Source of the DNA: Takakia lepidozioides
Taxonomy: Eukaryota; Plantae; Bryophyta
Direction: 5' to 3'
Length of the DNA stretch: 64,000 nucleotides
Assembly (NCBI GenBank): GCA_030704615.1
Contig: CM060734.1
Span: 17,918,001-17,982,000, forward strand
Shown: in pieces, positions 36,669 to 49,603 of the stretch
Position numbering within the stretch: position 1 is the first letter of the stretch
How the letters are laid out: the number at the start of each line of letters is the position of its first letter
Position numbers and translations under genes: made by a program
The notes under the pieces: generated by a model
The model's input: only the letters and a program-made list of their open reading frames with translations
The model's database searches: none
What the model was told of the DNA's origin: nothing

Positions 36669-37530
36669 ATGGCGGGCAGAGCCAGAGCGCGCTACCAAGG
36701 GGGCTCGTCCTTCAACGTCTTCAGCGCAACGAAATTACGTGAGCGGAAAGTGTGGTAGGGGATGTGGGACTGTTGCAGCCTTCGTTTGATACATGTGTGC
36801 AAGTACAATTGCGTGTCAATGCGTGTGCGGAGGATGCATGCACACCGAGCACGCCATGCCCGTGATCTGTGAAATTGAGACTCCAATTAAATTGTTGTGA
36901 ACCCTCGTTTGCCTTTTTTTGAACGATCACCAATGTTCTTGGTGTGGTGGGCACAGCGGAAAGAGCCGGCAGGACTGATAAGGGCACTGTGGGGTTTGTT
37001 TTGTTCGTGCAGGGAAGCAATCCAACCAGTGACTGTAAATTGTGCGGCAAAGGAGTTCAGAAGGTTTCCATTCTGACTGACCATAGCTCAAAAGTTGAGC
37101 TGTCCAGTGAATGCAACATCTTGCAATCTGCTCCATTCTTGTTTTTTTTTTGCACCTAGGCACCTGAAAGCCATGTATGAGAATGCCTGGCTGGCAGATA
37201 TTCGCCCATCGTTTGTGAAAAGTGATTCTTGATGTGTCTACTATCTCTAGTGGTTTCAACTGCTCAATTGTGATTCCTCAGGGGTGCCGAGCATTTCTTG
37301 ACACAGACTCCCTTGCTGACAATTGCAGCACAAACGCAATGCTGAAACTGTGTTTACTGGGGCACTTGTTGGATGACTGTGAGGATATCTGGCAACTAGT
37401 ACTGTGCACCTTAGGTTTGACCTTCCTGCAATCTGGCAGGTGCATGACAAATCAGTCAAAGGCTATGTCTACAGCTGCAGTGGTGGCCCGTCATCGAAGC
37501 TTCAGTTGCCAAAAGATGAAACCAAAGCAG
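36669..37530 (+). CDS. 5' part of a CFAP20-domain-containing (CFAP20DC/C3orf67-like) gene; exons ~36669-36749, 37013-37063, 37440-37530; rest not found
   Basis: YQGGSSFNVFSA..|GSNPTSDCKLCGKGVQK|VHDKSVKGYVYSCSGGPSSKLQLPKDETKA resembles the CFAP20DC N-terminus (YQGG..vFSAxGxNP...DKxVK.yV......K.QLPK). First donor site uncertain. Confidence 0.7.
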
Positions 37531-38024
37531 GTCCACTGCTCACCTTCCCTCTAGACCCTCAGTTTGAATCTGATCTTTTCCAGTGATAAAGTTGTAAGGA
37601 CTTGATACAATTCATCCTTGATGCTGGATTTGAGGACATAACATAGCTCATAGGCATGTCAAAGGCAACTGAACTTTAGCTTGTTCCACTACACTTGGTA
37701 GTTTCTCGGTTTACAGACAAACACTATCCACTAGTACTTGCTCTCAAAGGTAATTGCACCAGCACTCTCCAAGTCACTACATTGGAGAGTTGCCAGATTA
37801 CAGAGACAGCCCATTAGTGAGTAGCCTGTGAAAGTTATATGTGTGGGCATTTTTGTGAGGGACTGAATGCACCAACAAATTGGTCAGGATGCAGACACTT
37901 CCCATCCACATGCATATTACTGATCAGTCCTGTCTAATGATGGGCAAGAATGTTCAGGTGACAAAAGTTCGGGGAGCTTCTAGCCTTTCCTTTAGCCTTA
38001 TGATTGACTTCAGTAAATGGCGAC

Positions 38025-38618
38025 GGGTTGGGTAGCATGTGAGCAGGCTCACGCCAGCGGGCGTGAGCACAAAGAAATATTCAGCATATTCTAGAATATT
38101 CTTGAGAATATGCTATTGCGAAACCCAAATGCGCTCACACGGTAAGAAATACGAAACTATCTGAAAACTGTGCTCATGCGAAAAAAATTCATGAAATTAA
38201 TCGTCCAAAGCTTAAGTCGCGCGAGCACAATGACCCATAAATATATATGTTTAGAACATCCCCAATAACCACCCAGAAAATGGGTTTCGCCAGCGAAATG
38301 AAAATGGTTTTTGCCAGCAAAACTTGTAGTTTCGCCAGCGAAACTAAGGTTTTACCAGCGAAACTTGGATTTTCGCTAGCCAAACTTGGCTAGAGGTTCA
38401 AACTATCCGACAGTTGCATGTGGATTCTGGTCTCCAGGTTTAAGTTATATTCAGATTCGATGTATCGCCTATTAGCGCAGTAAAGTCCCTATGTCCGCCT
38501 ATTATTTGTATTTCCGCCGATGTACATATTACCCCCATAACCGTGGATTCTGCTCACGCGGCGATTTTTTTGTGCTCACGCCGTTTCTCTTAACTCTGTG
38601 CTCACGCGATACCAACCC
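38025..38618. mobile_element. MITE-like element with TIR GGGTTGG(G)TA.C..GTGAGCA
   Basis: Inverted termini plus subterminal GTGAGCA/TGCTCAC and GCCAGCGAAA repeats; no clear TSD. Confidence 0.6.
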
Positions 38619-38718
38619 TCAATGGGGACTAAGGGATAATATTATGTATTTTTAACCCTTAAGTTCCCAAGCGACCTGAATCGGGTCACTTTGAATTTGC
38701 AGTTCGACCAAATTTTTC

Positions 38719-39040
38719 AGGGTAGAAGTACTTGTGTCTAACTAGTAACTCGCTGACAGAAAGAATCTGTGGTGAGCATAAGTTAGGTTGACATTACTGT
38801 TTGATTTTGGTAGAGTGTCGCCTCACATTATGATGATCGACTTCTTAGGCTTGTGCAATCGTGAAATACTCACTTGCGGTGGGTTTAGGGTTTCGGGTGG
38901 GGTGGTATGGCGCGGAACGCCCTTGCCACCTAATTTATTTTGGGGACAACTTAGGTTGTGTGACAAAATACTTCACCGTGACATTGTCCGTGAATACCTT
39001 CACCGGGTTAGAACCAACATAATGGCGCCAAAGCTCAAGC
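38719..39040 (-). mobile_element. Second copy of the chimeric RNase H/telomere-repeat module
   Basis: Reverse complement of 13345-13680 with fewer telomere units. Confidence 0.8.
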
Positions 39041-39044
39041 TATC

Positions 39045-39997
39045 AAAGACTACAGGGGTTACCACACTCACGGCTACACTCGGTCCGGCTTCCATATTTC
39101 CCACTTCCGTCTCATGCTTGATTCGTAACTGGCATTCATGTTTCCAGTGTCCCTATTTCTTAAAATAGTGGCATCTCGTGATTTCTTTGTTTCAGGGTTG
39201 ATGTTCTCTATCCCGTGGTGGATAGTCATCTCGTGGCCTCTGATAACGATTACCCATATTGTATCGTCTTGGTCCATCCGATCCTCCCCGTCGGATTTGG
39301 ACTTGGTGTACCCCCACCTCTCGTGTGTACCCACTCTTCTTGGCCCGTTGATTATAAATACAATGGTTGGTATTATGATTGTTCATATGACAAATATCAT
39401 AGTATTTGTCTTTCATGTGGCATTCCGTGGCAAGTGTCCTGCAGTCCCACATTTGTGACACCATGTTGCCTTCCGTGGTCCTTCATCTTTTAAATTCTTG
39501 ATAGCCTCTGCTATCTTCTGATCCAAAGTGGTTTTGTCAATCACTTCTTTCTTCTTTTGCTTGGACTTTTCTTCATCATCAGAGTCTTCTTTTTCCAAGG
39601 AATCCTTGGAATCTTTACTTCTGCTCTGATGAAATCCCAATTCCAATTTCTTTGCAGTTCCTACTGCTTCAGCCAAAGTGTTGTTAGGCATGACTATAAC
39701 CATGGTTACATATTCAGGACGAAGTCCGTTGATGAACCATGATTTTTGTAAGTCATCACCTGTGCTTGAGGTAGCTTCCTCATTCTCTCCAGGTAGTCGA
39801 CTACCAATTCTTTCTATTTCTGTCTCAGGTTCTGTAATCATGTGAAGATTTCAGACGTGGTGTTGTGTCGAGCGGCTTTTACTCACCCATCCCTTCGATA
39901 TCCGAAGAGGGAACTCCAAGATAGAAGAGTTGGATATCTCTAAGCACCCAACCCGCTCAGATCAATCAATCATGACCTACAACTAGTGTATCATGGG
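39045..39997 (-). mobile_element. Gypsy-like gag fragment with Zn knuckles plus LTR-end fragment (39863-39997)
   Basis: KSWFINGLRPEY...TLAEAV..AKKLE...CHKCGTAGH; 39863-39997 matches 61154-61290. Confidence 0.75.
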
Positions 39998-39999
39998 AG

Positions 40000-40860
40000 T
40001 GCTTCCTGTTTGTATTCCTTCTTGCCTTCATGTCAACTGTGAAATCTTGTCTGCATCTTCTGCTGCTCAATGTGATAGCGTGCAATGAAACAAGCAGCAC
40101 AGTATAAACCACAACCCATGACCAGGCTAGGTACCTCTTTGGTCTTGGTGTAGATGTACCTATGAACAATCTGGAAGGCAATTAATTCCTTCAGCATGGT
40201 GCCTGCCTCAGACCAGTACCTTGCAAAATGGTAATCTTCAATGGGTCGGTTATTTGAAAGAACCTTAGTCCGAGTCGCCACTGGCAACCCAATGCGCATG
40301 ATCTGGTAATAGTGTGTCAAAGATTGTGGAGGACTGAATTCCTTCCAAGCCAAATCATCACAATGGGAATTTGGTTGAAGGGCATAATCATAGCCCGATT
40401 GTACTCAAGTGCAGCAGGAGTCTTAGGTGGGTTAAAAGAAGCATCCCCCCAAATCTCAAATTGCTGCAAAGCCATGGTATCAACAGTGTCGACCTGCTGT
40501 GGTTGTTGTGATATTGGCGCCACTGTCCCTTCTGTTGTGGACAAGTCCTGTACCTCATGTGATGAAGATTGGAAAATCAAAGTCCGCGCATGCAAATAAG
40601 CAGCCACCAGCTGTTCCTCAGGAACAAAGGCTCTTTTGTCAATGTTGGAGCTCAAGTCATCCACTTGAGTCTGCAGCCCTTCCACATCATCCTGCAACTC
40701 AGCTATCCGACTATAGACATTGTCTATAGTGATTGTGGCAATGTTCTGCACTTGTAGCCTGAGATCATTCATCTCCTCCTGGGTTAGCTTCCTGGGTGTC
40801 TTCCCTGCCACTGGCCCTTGTGCTAACCACTCTTGCAAAAGATGATTATCCACCAAGTCC
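40000..40860 (-). pseudogene. Second copy of the uncharacterised repeated ORF, with N-terminal coiled coil
   Basis: IAELQDDVEGLQTQVDDLSSNI heptads; homologous to 10182-10600. Confidence 0.55.
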
Positions 40861-41199
40861 TGGGTAGCACCACGGAGATCCTGCTCCTCCTTGAGTCTGT
40901 ACCTGTTGCGTACGCAACACCCCTTCAGTCAACATGTACTCTTATTAATTTTTTATTTGACTAGGGGTGTTGCGCACGCTACACCCATATGTTCGACAAT
41001 GTTTTTATTTATTTATTTAATTTTTTAATTCTCCTGCAATAACGTACAACGACATAACACAAAACAATAAAAATCCACAATGCAAACTAGAGGCTGTTGC
41101 GTACGCAACACCCCCACACTAACCTGAAAGCACAGTTGTTGTTGACGTTCGCGCGAGCACTCCACTTTGCTCTCCACTCCAAGTTTGGACGACGGTTGC

Positions 41200-43200
41200 A
41201 AATGAGCATAAATAGGGGGTGACACTCTTATACAGGGTCCAAAAAAGAATGATCATTATTAATTATAGAACAAACACAGTTATGGAGCACCATAATGATA
41301 TGTCATGTGTGCACCATTAATGGTCCAAAAACGAAGTTTCTTCATATATATGGCGGCATCTGTCCGCGTCGCGCCATGTGGCAAAATCACGTGGCGCCAC
41401 CAGGTTTTTTTTTTTTTTTTTGGGCGGCGCTTGTCCGCATCCAGCCGCGTGGCGAGATCGGGCGGCGATGCCATGCGCCAGTGATAGAAAATTATTATGT
41501 TTTTCTTTTTTTTCTTTTTTTTTTCTTTCCGAGCGGCGCATGTCTGCGTGGCCCCGCCATGTGCCAGTGCTTGGAAGTTTTTTAAATAAAAAATAACAAT
41601 TAATTAATTATAACTTTTGGGGCGGTGCCTCGTGGCGGAGTCGCGGTGCGCCGCCAGCGATAGAAAATAGTTCGTTTTCTAAAAACATTTAATTTTTTGT
41701 TAATTTTTATTTATTATTTTTTGATTTATTTGGCGGCGCATCTTCTCGTTGCGCCACGTGGCACAATATAAATTCGCACATGGGCTGTTAGCTCAGCTGA
41801 TAAGTGTACAATGTGTCGCCCTGGTGGTTCAAGGTTCAACCCTGGTATCCTGCCCCATGTGTGAGCTGTTCGTGATGGTATGCCTGGCCGTTGATCGTCC
41901 TGTAGTTTTTATGGCCCATAATGAAAGGGGGTTAGTTTTTCCCCCTCCTCTAGGGGCTGAATTTGTGGGCTGTCGCTCCCAAGTTTTTTTTTGAAAAAAA
42001 AAACTATTGATAATCATATGGATTTGATAGATATTTTGTTTATTGCCTGAAAATATGGGTTTTTTAATTATTAACAATACTAAAAAATAAACATACTATA
42101 AAATTATTGTAATAACTTTAAAATAACATGTCTATCTTATTGCAATAGACGGTTTTAAGTATTTATTTTGTTTGATCTTTTGAAAGTGTAAAATATGACT
42201 TATATGTAGAATGGGTTAGATTAATGTTATAAATAATATTTATTAAGATTAACTTGTGATTTGTTCATAAAATAAATTATGTTCTAAATTCAATTATATA
42301 ATAATTCAATCATAAAATAACTTGTTACTATAAAAAGATACTAATAAATAAGTAGATGTTTTGTACAGATCGCGGAATCAAACTTGTTGAATTGATAAAT
42401 ACTGATGGCGTTATCGTTGCAAAAAGATTACTGGTTTGGTTTTAGCCAAATCATGTAATACATACAGTTCCTATTAAAAAATCGGAAGTTGCGGTTCATA
42501 TCAAGGAAGTGTTGGTACCAGAGACCAAAGTCCACAAAGGGTTTTTGATACAATGGAAGAGTGCATCAATTCCGTCATTTGGTGGCCGAAAACACAGATA
42601 CATGGAGAGATTGAAGACTTGACTGGAAATTGTGATGCTGAGGTACACAACTATGTTGTTGTTGAGACAGATATTGATGATATTATTATCCCTAATAATG
42701 TCGATCGCATACATTCTCACAAACGACGCTACAAACATCGAATTGTCAGTTTATCAATGAGATCAACAAATGAAGAGACTGATGTCGATGATCTCATATT
42801 ACCTGCAGGCGTTACAATTCATCACAAAAAACGCAAAACAGTGCAAAATACCACAACACCAAGCATGGACGTATTTGATTGGAACTCCGATGATGATACG
42901 CCTACATTTGTGAGAGGTCATACAGACGAAAATGAAGGTTCAAGAAGTGCTTGAAATGGACAAGAAAACAATGTAACACCTACAGAAGCAGATTTTATGA
43001 GATTTGAGGTTGGATTACCAAAGCCTAAACCTCCTCGCAGTTATGGAATGAAAAATCGCCACAAACGACAAAGAAATATTCGATGTATTGGAGAAGCCCG
43101 ATGCTCGAAAGTGACTTTTTAAAGTGTTACAAGCAATCAATCGTTCATCTTGCAAAGAGAAATGTTTGTCAAAATCTCCGGAGCTAGACATACTGAATTT
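41200..43200 (+). mobile_element. Degenerate CACTA/EnSpm-like remnant with a Tnp1-like accessory domain
   Basis: GCCACGTGGC-type palindromes; 42370-42600 reads VELINTDGVIVAK..*PNHVIHTVPI...VAVHIKEV...FDTMEECINSVIWWPK. Confidence 0.5.
41782..41857 (+). other. tRNA-like (A-box/B-box) sequence, non-functional or SINE-head-like
   Basis: GGGCTGTTAGCTCAGCTGATAAG...GGTTCAACCCTGG...GCCCCA; anticodon arm does not fold. Confidence 0.45.
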
Positions 43201-43227
43201 GCGCTATCAAGCTTCTGGAATGTCGGA

Positions 43228-46200
43228 AAGTGCGACTCGGACGGAAATGCGGTGCCGCATTTCTGTTCCCTTTGTTCATGATTCTCAATCAGAACGGAAA
43301 TGCGGTACCGCATTTCCGTTCCACCTTCACATACCGTGCTTGCTGGATGGAAATGCGTTACCGCATTTCCGTACCACCTTCACATACCGTGTTTGCTGGA
43401 TGGAAATGCGTTACCGCATTTCCGTTCTGGAGAGTATAAAGGTTTCCCCCGGACGGAAAGTCGGTGCCGCATTTTCGTCGCTCTGGTGCATGACCAAGAT
43501 GCAATACGGAAATGCGGCGCCGTATTTCCGTCCACCAGCAATCGAAAGAATCACTCGGGACGGGAAATCTGGAACCTGAATGGGTCGCATTGTTCCGAAA
43601 CAACACAATTGCGGCCAGTCTTGATGAGCACACTGGTTGTCTGACTGTTTTAACTAACAGTACTGGCACTTGTCAGTGCGAACGTTCCTGTCTGCACCGA
43701 GAATACTGCTGGATCCACCCTCAGGAGAAACTGTCAGGAGATGTTATTTCGTCGCCGAATCGGCCATCATTGTCATACTTACTGGCTATGGAATCACACC
43801 TCCCACCTTCATGCATGTAGCTTGAAACAATACTTTCCACTTCAATGTGCGACTTCCAATCGTCGATGGACTCCGCATGGTGCCTGTGAGCCTTGGTCTG
43901 TCGCTATACTGAACCTCGCACTTGCCAACTTCGTGCGGTGTTCGATGGCTCCGAATTCCTACCCTATAGTTTGCTGTCCTCCGCAACTTGGGAGAGCCTG
44001 GATCCCAAACGAGGGAGGACTTTGCAGAGTGACTGAAACTTACCTTTGTTCCAAATTCAAGCTCAAACCGGGCACAGTTTATTTGGAAGAAGAAAGGAAG
44101 GATGTTCCTGGACAGGTTGACGAGACCATTGTCGTGCTAGATAACGACGGAGGTTGCGGAATCGAATGGCACGTACCCCCATCAGACACCATCCTGTACC
44201 GAGCTGTGGGAATGCCCATTCCCTTTCCGAATCAGTCGCTGCCCACACCATCCACAAAGGAGTCCGGAAACCGACAGGCGGCCACTGCCAACAGAGAGGT
44301 ATGCAACGATAATCATTCCCGACCTGGACCGTCAAGACCCTCCATAGCTTCTCGTGTGGACGTATTCGACATTTCCGACGAGGAAGATGATTGCATTGAG
44401 GTACCCATGTCCTCCACACGGTCGTTCAAATCCGGCATGGACGTCTCTGTAGGTGCTACGCATGTGCCCTCGAGCATAACTCCAACCCGGTCCATTGTGC
44501 AGCTCCTACGACAACATCACCTCGATGGTTCTCGCTCCGAGCTGGCTGCTCTCGACTATGCCAAATTCCCAATCAGAAAGGTAACGTTTCTGTCTCCCGA
44601 AGTCGATGGCAATGTCATCTTCGAGTTTCCACCTGTCTCTTCGTCAAACAAAGCCTCCGGGATGTTAACAAACATGGATCGAAAGCATGACGGACACCCC
44701 TGGTGTGTGACGAAGACCAGTAGCACGAAAATTGCTGATGGTGTTCGTGTACGATATGTCCTCTGTGCGGGGAAGCTGAGGTGCCTGAATCCCACCTGCT
44801 TCCACTTTCTTTCCAAAGGAGGGCGGAGAAACGAGACGGATTGGACTGGCACAACGCATCATCCATTCATTGTCTCCAGCCAAGCTCCTGCGGGTACTTT
44901 CAAGTGCGCACATTGCAAAGAACCACCGACGTGCATGTCCATGTGCAGAGCCAAGCAATATTACGTTATCCATTTGCTCCCGGACTTGACTAGAGCTTGC
45001 ATACACGTTGGGGTCCACTGCCACCCCTTGGCGAGAGGCAACATGCGTGAGGCTGTGCAGGAAGCATACGACATCATAAAAGAGGAGGTGAAATTGAGCC
45101 CCGGAGCCAGACCAAAGCAGATTCAGCTGAAGGCAGCCCACAAGATTGCTCTTGGCAAAATCATGTCTGAAGATGGTTCCGACCGAGAGCCCTTGACCAA
45201 AGACGAGATGCGTGACCTCTTGGAGTCCGTCTCGCACGTTTGTAGTCCGAATGTGCGGAATCACATCGTATCTTGCAAGCAGGAGTTCGGCAGGGGGTCG
45301 GACATGTACTCAATCCTGGAGGTGAAACGAATGACTGGATATGACTACATCCAAGGTAGCAGGTTTCCAGGGCAAGGCTGCGAATCCGATCGTTGTTACA
45401 TTTTCAAAATGTCGACGTGTGGGCCTGGGAGTGGAGTCAACTTGGTCACTCGCATGACAACTGGAAACTTGTCGAATGCTTGGGTGATGTTTGATCACAT
45501 CAAGAGAATTACAAACCATCAGTGGGTGACTATGGGTGCGCATGTTTATGACTATCACTCCAAGATGCTCATGACGATTGCAATCTGCGAGATGAAAGGG
45601 GAGGACACACAGTCCGAGATGCATCTGTGGGAGGGCATAAACGAGCAGATAGCAAGGGCAGGATTGCCAGAGCCCAATTTCAGGGGATTCATGGCAGACA
45701 ACGCTCAGGCCAACTGGGCAGCGGTGCGGCGTGTGTACGGTGAGGACCCAATGTTCCAATGGAGGGGAAAGAGAGATCCTGTGGATTCCATTGGATGCAG
45801 AGTCTATCCCACTACACTACCAAATTTGTTGCTACTCATTCCAGGCTGAACACGTATCCTTTGTACGGCGTGGAAGGATGCACCCACATTTGATGACGCG
45901 GAGGTTAAGTTTGCTATCATTGAGGCTTGGTGGAACACGTCAGGTGCAGTGGAGACAACCAATCTGGGAGCATTGCACAGCTGGTTGGGGTGGTGGCATT
46001 TTCGGTATCGACAGTTCGGACAGTACATGCGGGAGGTAGGCTGCTGTCATTTTCGTTCATTTGTCTTTCTGTTACGGACATTTCGATTGGTCCCTCACCA
46101 TTGTTTGTGTCCTTCTAGGAGCGGTGCTTGGATTCCGACACGGACATGCCGAACACGAATATGGCAGAATCGGTCCACTCCTCCTGGCGAGCGTCTTCTG

Positions 46201-48851
46201 CCGCACATCTGGTGGACGTAGTGACGGCCACAACGGAGGACATCGACAGAGCAATCATGCAGCAAGCCACGTACTACAAGTTCCTGAGCGGCAAACAATG
46301 GGGCTTTGGGCCGGACAGGGAGGAATTGTTGGTACGAACAGCTTCGAGGTCCAAGAATCCACTGAAATGGGCGACAGCATTGCGAGAGAAGATCAAAGGG
46401 ACGCCTCTGCACCGCAGAGGTGAACACCTAGAGGGGACGTCCGGACTCGCCCTGTGAGGCGGAGGATTGAAGATGAACCCGGGTGCGAAGAGGATTCCTG
46501 GAGATCCGACAGGAACATTCGGACAGCACCTCGAGGTCCCGTCATGTTGCCGCACAATGTGTCTTCCAACAGTGGAAGCCCAAGAAATTCCAGATCGCCG
46601 TCGCCTTCAACCGGGGATTTCGTGCGAGAAATTCCCACCGCTCCCTTGCCCCAGATTCCGCCCGCTGTTATGCAGTATGGCCAAGCCATTGTGGAGACGA
46701 CTGTGTCTGCATCACAGTGGAGAATTGCTCGCACAAAGCCGTCGTTTCGAGGAAGGTGTTCCGCAATTCGTGTGGATACACGGCAATGTTGTTTAGAGAT
46801 GATAAGGAAGAATCCAGATGGGGCTGTCCCTGCTCCTACATTTACAGGAAGATTTGTCCATGCAAAGTTTGCGGAGGCGACAACCACCCAGTTCTGGTTC
46901 TGCAGGCACGACATTATGACTTGCGTGTATGGAAAGCCCAAGTACGGCATACAAACAATGCCAGAGGCTCCCCCGGTGTGGCCGGTGGAACCAGGCTGCG
47001 ATCTGAGTCAGGTTGAGGCCGACGCCCTTACCGCCGCAGGATTTCGGATGGTGCAGCGCACTGACGTCCCCAGACAACCATTTCCGCTTCCGCAGCCTCC
47101 ACCACCGACCCCTGTGAGAGCAAGAACAATGGGACACGACAGCTCTAAGCATCCTACACACCGTTGGGGGAAACCGAAGAGGTGACGACCTCCCTCAAAA
47201 GTGAACGAGACAATGATGGGGAATGCACTTCGGATGAACTGTACAATCCAGAGCTCGACAGAAGTGCCCCCACCAGGATTCGGGCGTGTGTATCAGATGG
47301 CCACGGCAGGCTCAGCTGTTCGCAATGAGGTGTACACCATCACCATTTCAGAATTACCCATCTGCAATTGCACCGACTTCCAGATCATGGCGAACAAGGG
47401 GGCATCATACTGCCCTTGCAAGCATTTGTACTACGTGTACCTAAAGAGACTCCGTTGTAATTCCACAACTCATCACTTCATACATGCACCAGGGTTGAGC
47501 CCCCAGGAGGTTCACACTCTTCTGAATATGGATCCAGGGGACCAGTGAGCTTGGCTTGCGGTCCCGATACAATGGTACGCCCATCCTTTTCGGATAGTAG
47601 AACTGTACTGCTGCCAGTACCTCAGACTCTGGCCACAGAAAGGTCCGACATATGTCTTGCCTACCAGTAACCTGTTTTGCTCGAACTAAGATATTACTAT
47701 ATCGTTCACTTGTTTCCACGTGCATGTATTTTTGTATGTTGGAGGGTTCATGTTTTTCTGCTTTCCGAAAACTTGCTTTCCTCATTCGACCTCCGACAAG
47801 GAAATGCGGCGCCGCATTTCCAAGTATCGTCGTAGGTACTGGTAGAGGCAGCCTTCGCCAACACCAAACCGCTCCGAAATTTCGCACGTGCGAACCCTAA
47901 TGCGGCACCTTATTTCCCAGTTCAGTTGCAAACCTTTTCCGCCGAATACCCGAAGAAGACAGAATTGTGAAGTACTGCAGACTCTATTGGTGCAGACTCC
48001 ATTGGTTCAATCGCGGCAAAAGGGTCAGCTTCATTCCAATGTTAAGGCATGTAAAACCGCGGAATACTCTATACAGGCCAGTATGCGACGTCCTTTTGTA
48101 GTGGTATACTGGATTTCCCGTTGCACGGTCACTTATTTCCATGAGCGGATCTAAAAAACCATGAGCGGACTTGTTACTGACGACATATCTTCGCCGCATT
48201 ACATGATCTGGAACGTCCAAAAACGGCAAGGTCAAATTAAAAAACTATTATTTTAATACTTTTTTAATCTGCCGCATTTCCAAATTTGGAGGAGTCCGCT
48301 CATGAAATCCGCGTATCTTAGACTTCGGCTCACCGCTCATGCGGGTTAGATGGGCCTCAACATAGGAGACTCACTTGGATACATAAGGGATTGCACTTAG
48401 TTAACACTTGGGATACTTGGGCCAACGGCAGAGGCCACCCTAGATGTCGCACTTGGGCCTCGACATAGGAGACCCAATTGCATACATAGGAGATTGCACT
48501 TGGGCTTATATGACACTTGACACTTGGGCCAACGGCACAGGCTACCCTAGTACAATATATGAAGCGAGACGTTTGTTTTGTTTTGTTTTGTTTTGTAGCG
48601 TTGAGATGTCCCAAACCGCAGGCCCAGCCCTGGTGCTTGGTACCGTTGGAAAGCCCTCAACGAGGAGGGGTGCACACCGGCTTGGTCTCATGATTTTTGG
48701 ACATGCGGTGTGGGAGATACAAAATTCCAAGTACTTTTGGTCGCTGGAAATTCACAAAAAATAGCAAAAATGACAAAGTGGACATTCTTGGGACAAGGTT
48801 GCGGCTCATGGCTCATGGCTCATGGTTTCTGCTCATGAAATAGTAAACCTC
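43228..48851 (+). mobile_element. Mutator-like DNA transposon (left end truncated) with palindromic subterminal repeats
   Basis: GGAAATGCG(G/T)(T/C)(G/A)CCGCATTT palindromes at 43243-43530 and 47800; GCTCATG arrays; end CTCATGAAATAGTAAACCTC shared with 58214. Confidence 0.75.
43945..47548 (+). pseudogene. MULE-type DDE transposase with GCM-like Zn domain and C-terminal SWIM finger; intron 46036-46118; several frameshifts and a stop
   Basis: W..CAGKLRC..C..CAHC..C..GVHCHP; D (VMFDH), D (FMADNAQA), CxxH (CGFHW), E (TNMAESVH); SWIM CNCTDF..CPCKH. Confidence 0.8.
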
Positions 48852-49314
48852 TCTCCCCCCACGTCCCTCCACTATCCATCGTATGTCTAGCACTAGATCT
48901 AGAGGTATACAAAAAGGTAGTGGCACCATCCAAAAATAGGCTCAAGGCAAAGGCAAGGTTCTACGTTACTCGCCCCGCTCCTCACGCCATGCCAATACGA
49001 TGGACCCTGCACAGGCCGTAGCAATGGACACCGGCAATATGAGAATGGCTGACGCCCAATTCTTGAATGCAACGACTGATTACCCGACATGCTCCACACA
49101 GAGCCAACATGATTTTGACAAAGCTCTATACGGCACCCTGGGCACTCAGCGGATCAGCTCTCCAACACCTGAATCCAAGGAAGCATTGATGCCACTGACA
49201 CACTAGCATAAGAGCCCCGCCAGCTAGAATACAGCCTGAACACCAAACGCTCCTCGAGCACCCTTGACAGCTTGGCAGATAGCACGCACTCGGACCCAAA
49301 GAAACCCTGAGGCC

Positions 49315-49603
49315 GTGCTGGCAAAATTACCCAACTCCAACTTGTAGTCACCAGCCAGCCTAACCTCCCGCAACTCTGGATGGGCTACCAAACTCTAGAG
49401 CAGCACACAATTGACTCTAATCTTCCCATCTTTTGCGACCAGCGATCGACAGACCAACTACGCTCCAGAGTTGGGTAGCCCATCCAGAGTTGCGGGAGGT
49501 CGGGCTGGTTGGTGACTGCAAGTTGGAGTTGGGTAAGTTTGCCAGCACACAATTGACTCTAATCTTCCCATCTTTTGCGACCAGTGATCGACAGACCAAC
49601 TAC
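49315..49603. repeat. A-B-A'-B fold-back duplication (87-bp stem, 60-bp loop re-duplicated)
   Basis: 49315-49401 inverted at 49462-49548; 49401-49461 repeated directly at 49543-49603. Confidence 0.9.

Noticed and set aside
41782-41857. Functional tRNA gene
   Set aside because: A/B-box-like motifs only; no proper anticodon stem.
43741-43944. N-terminal 68 aa of the 702-aa ORF
   Set aside because: Looks like open upstream sequence; ATG 43945 (MAPNSYP) is the more plausible start, though not proven.
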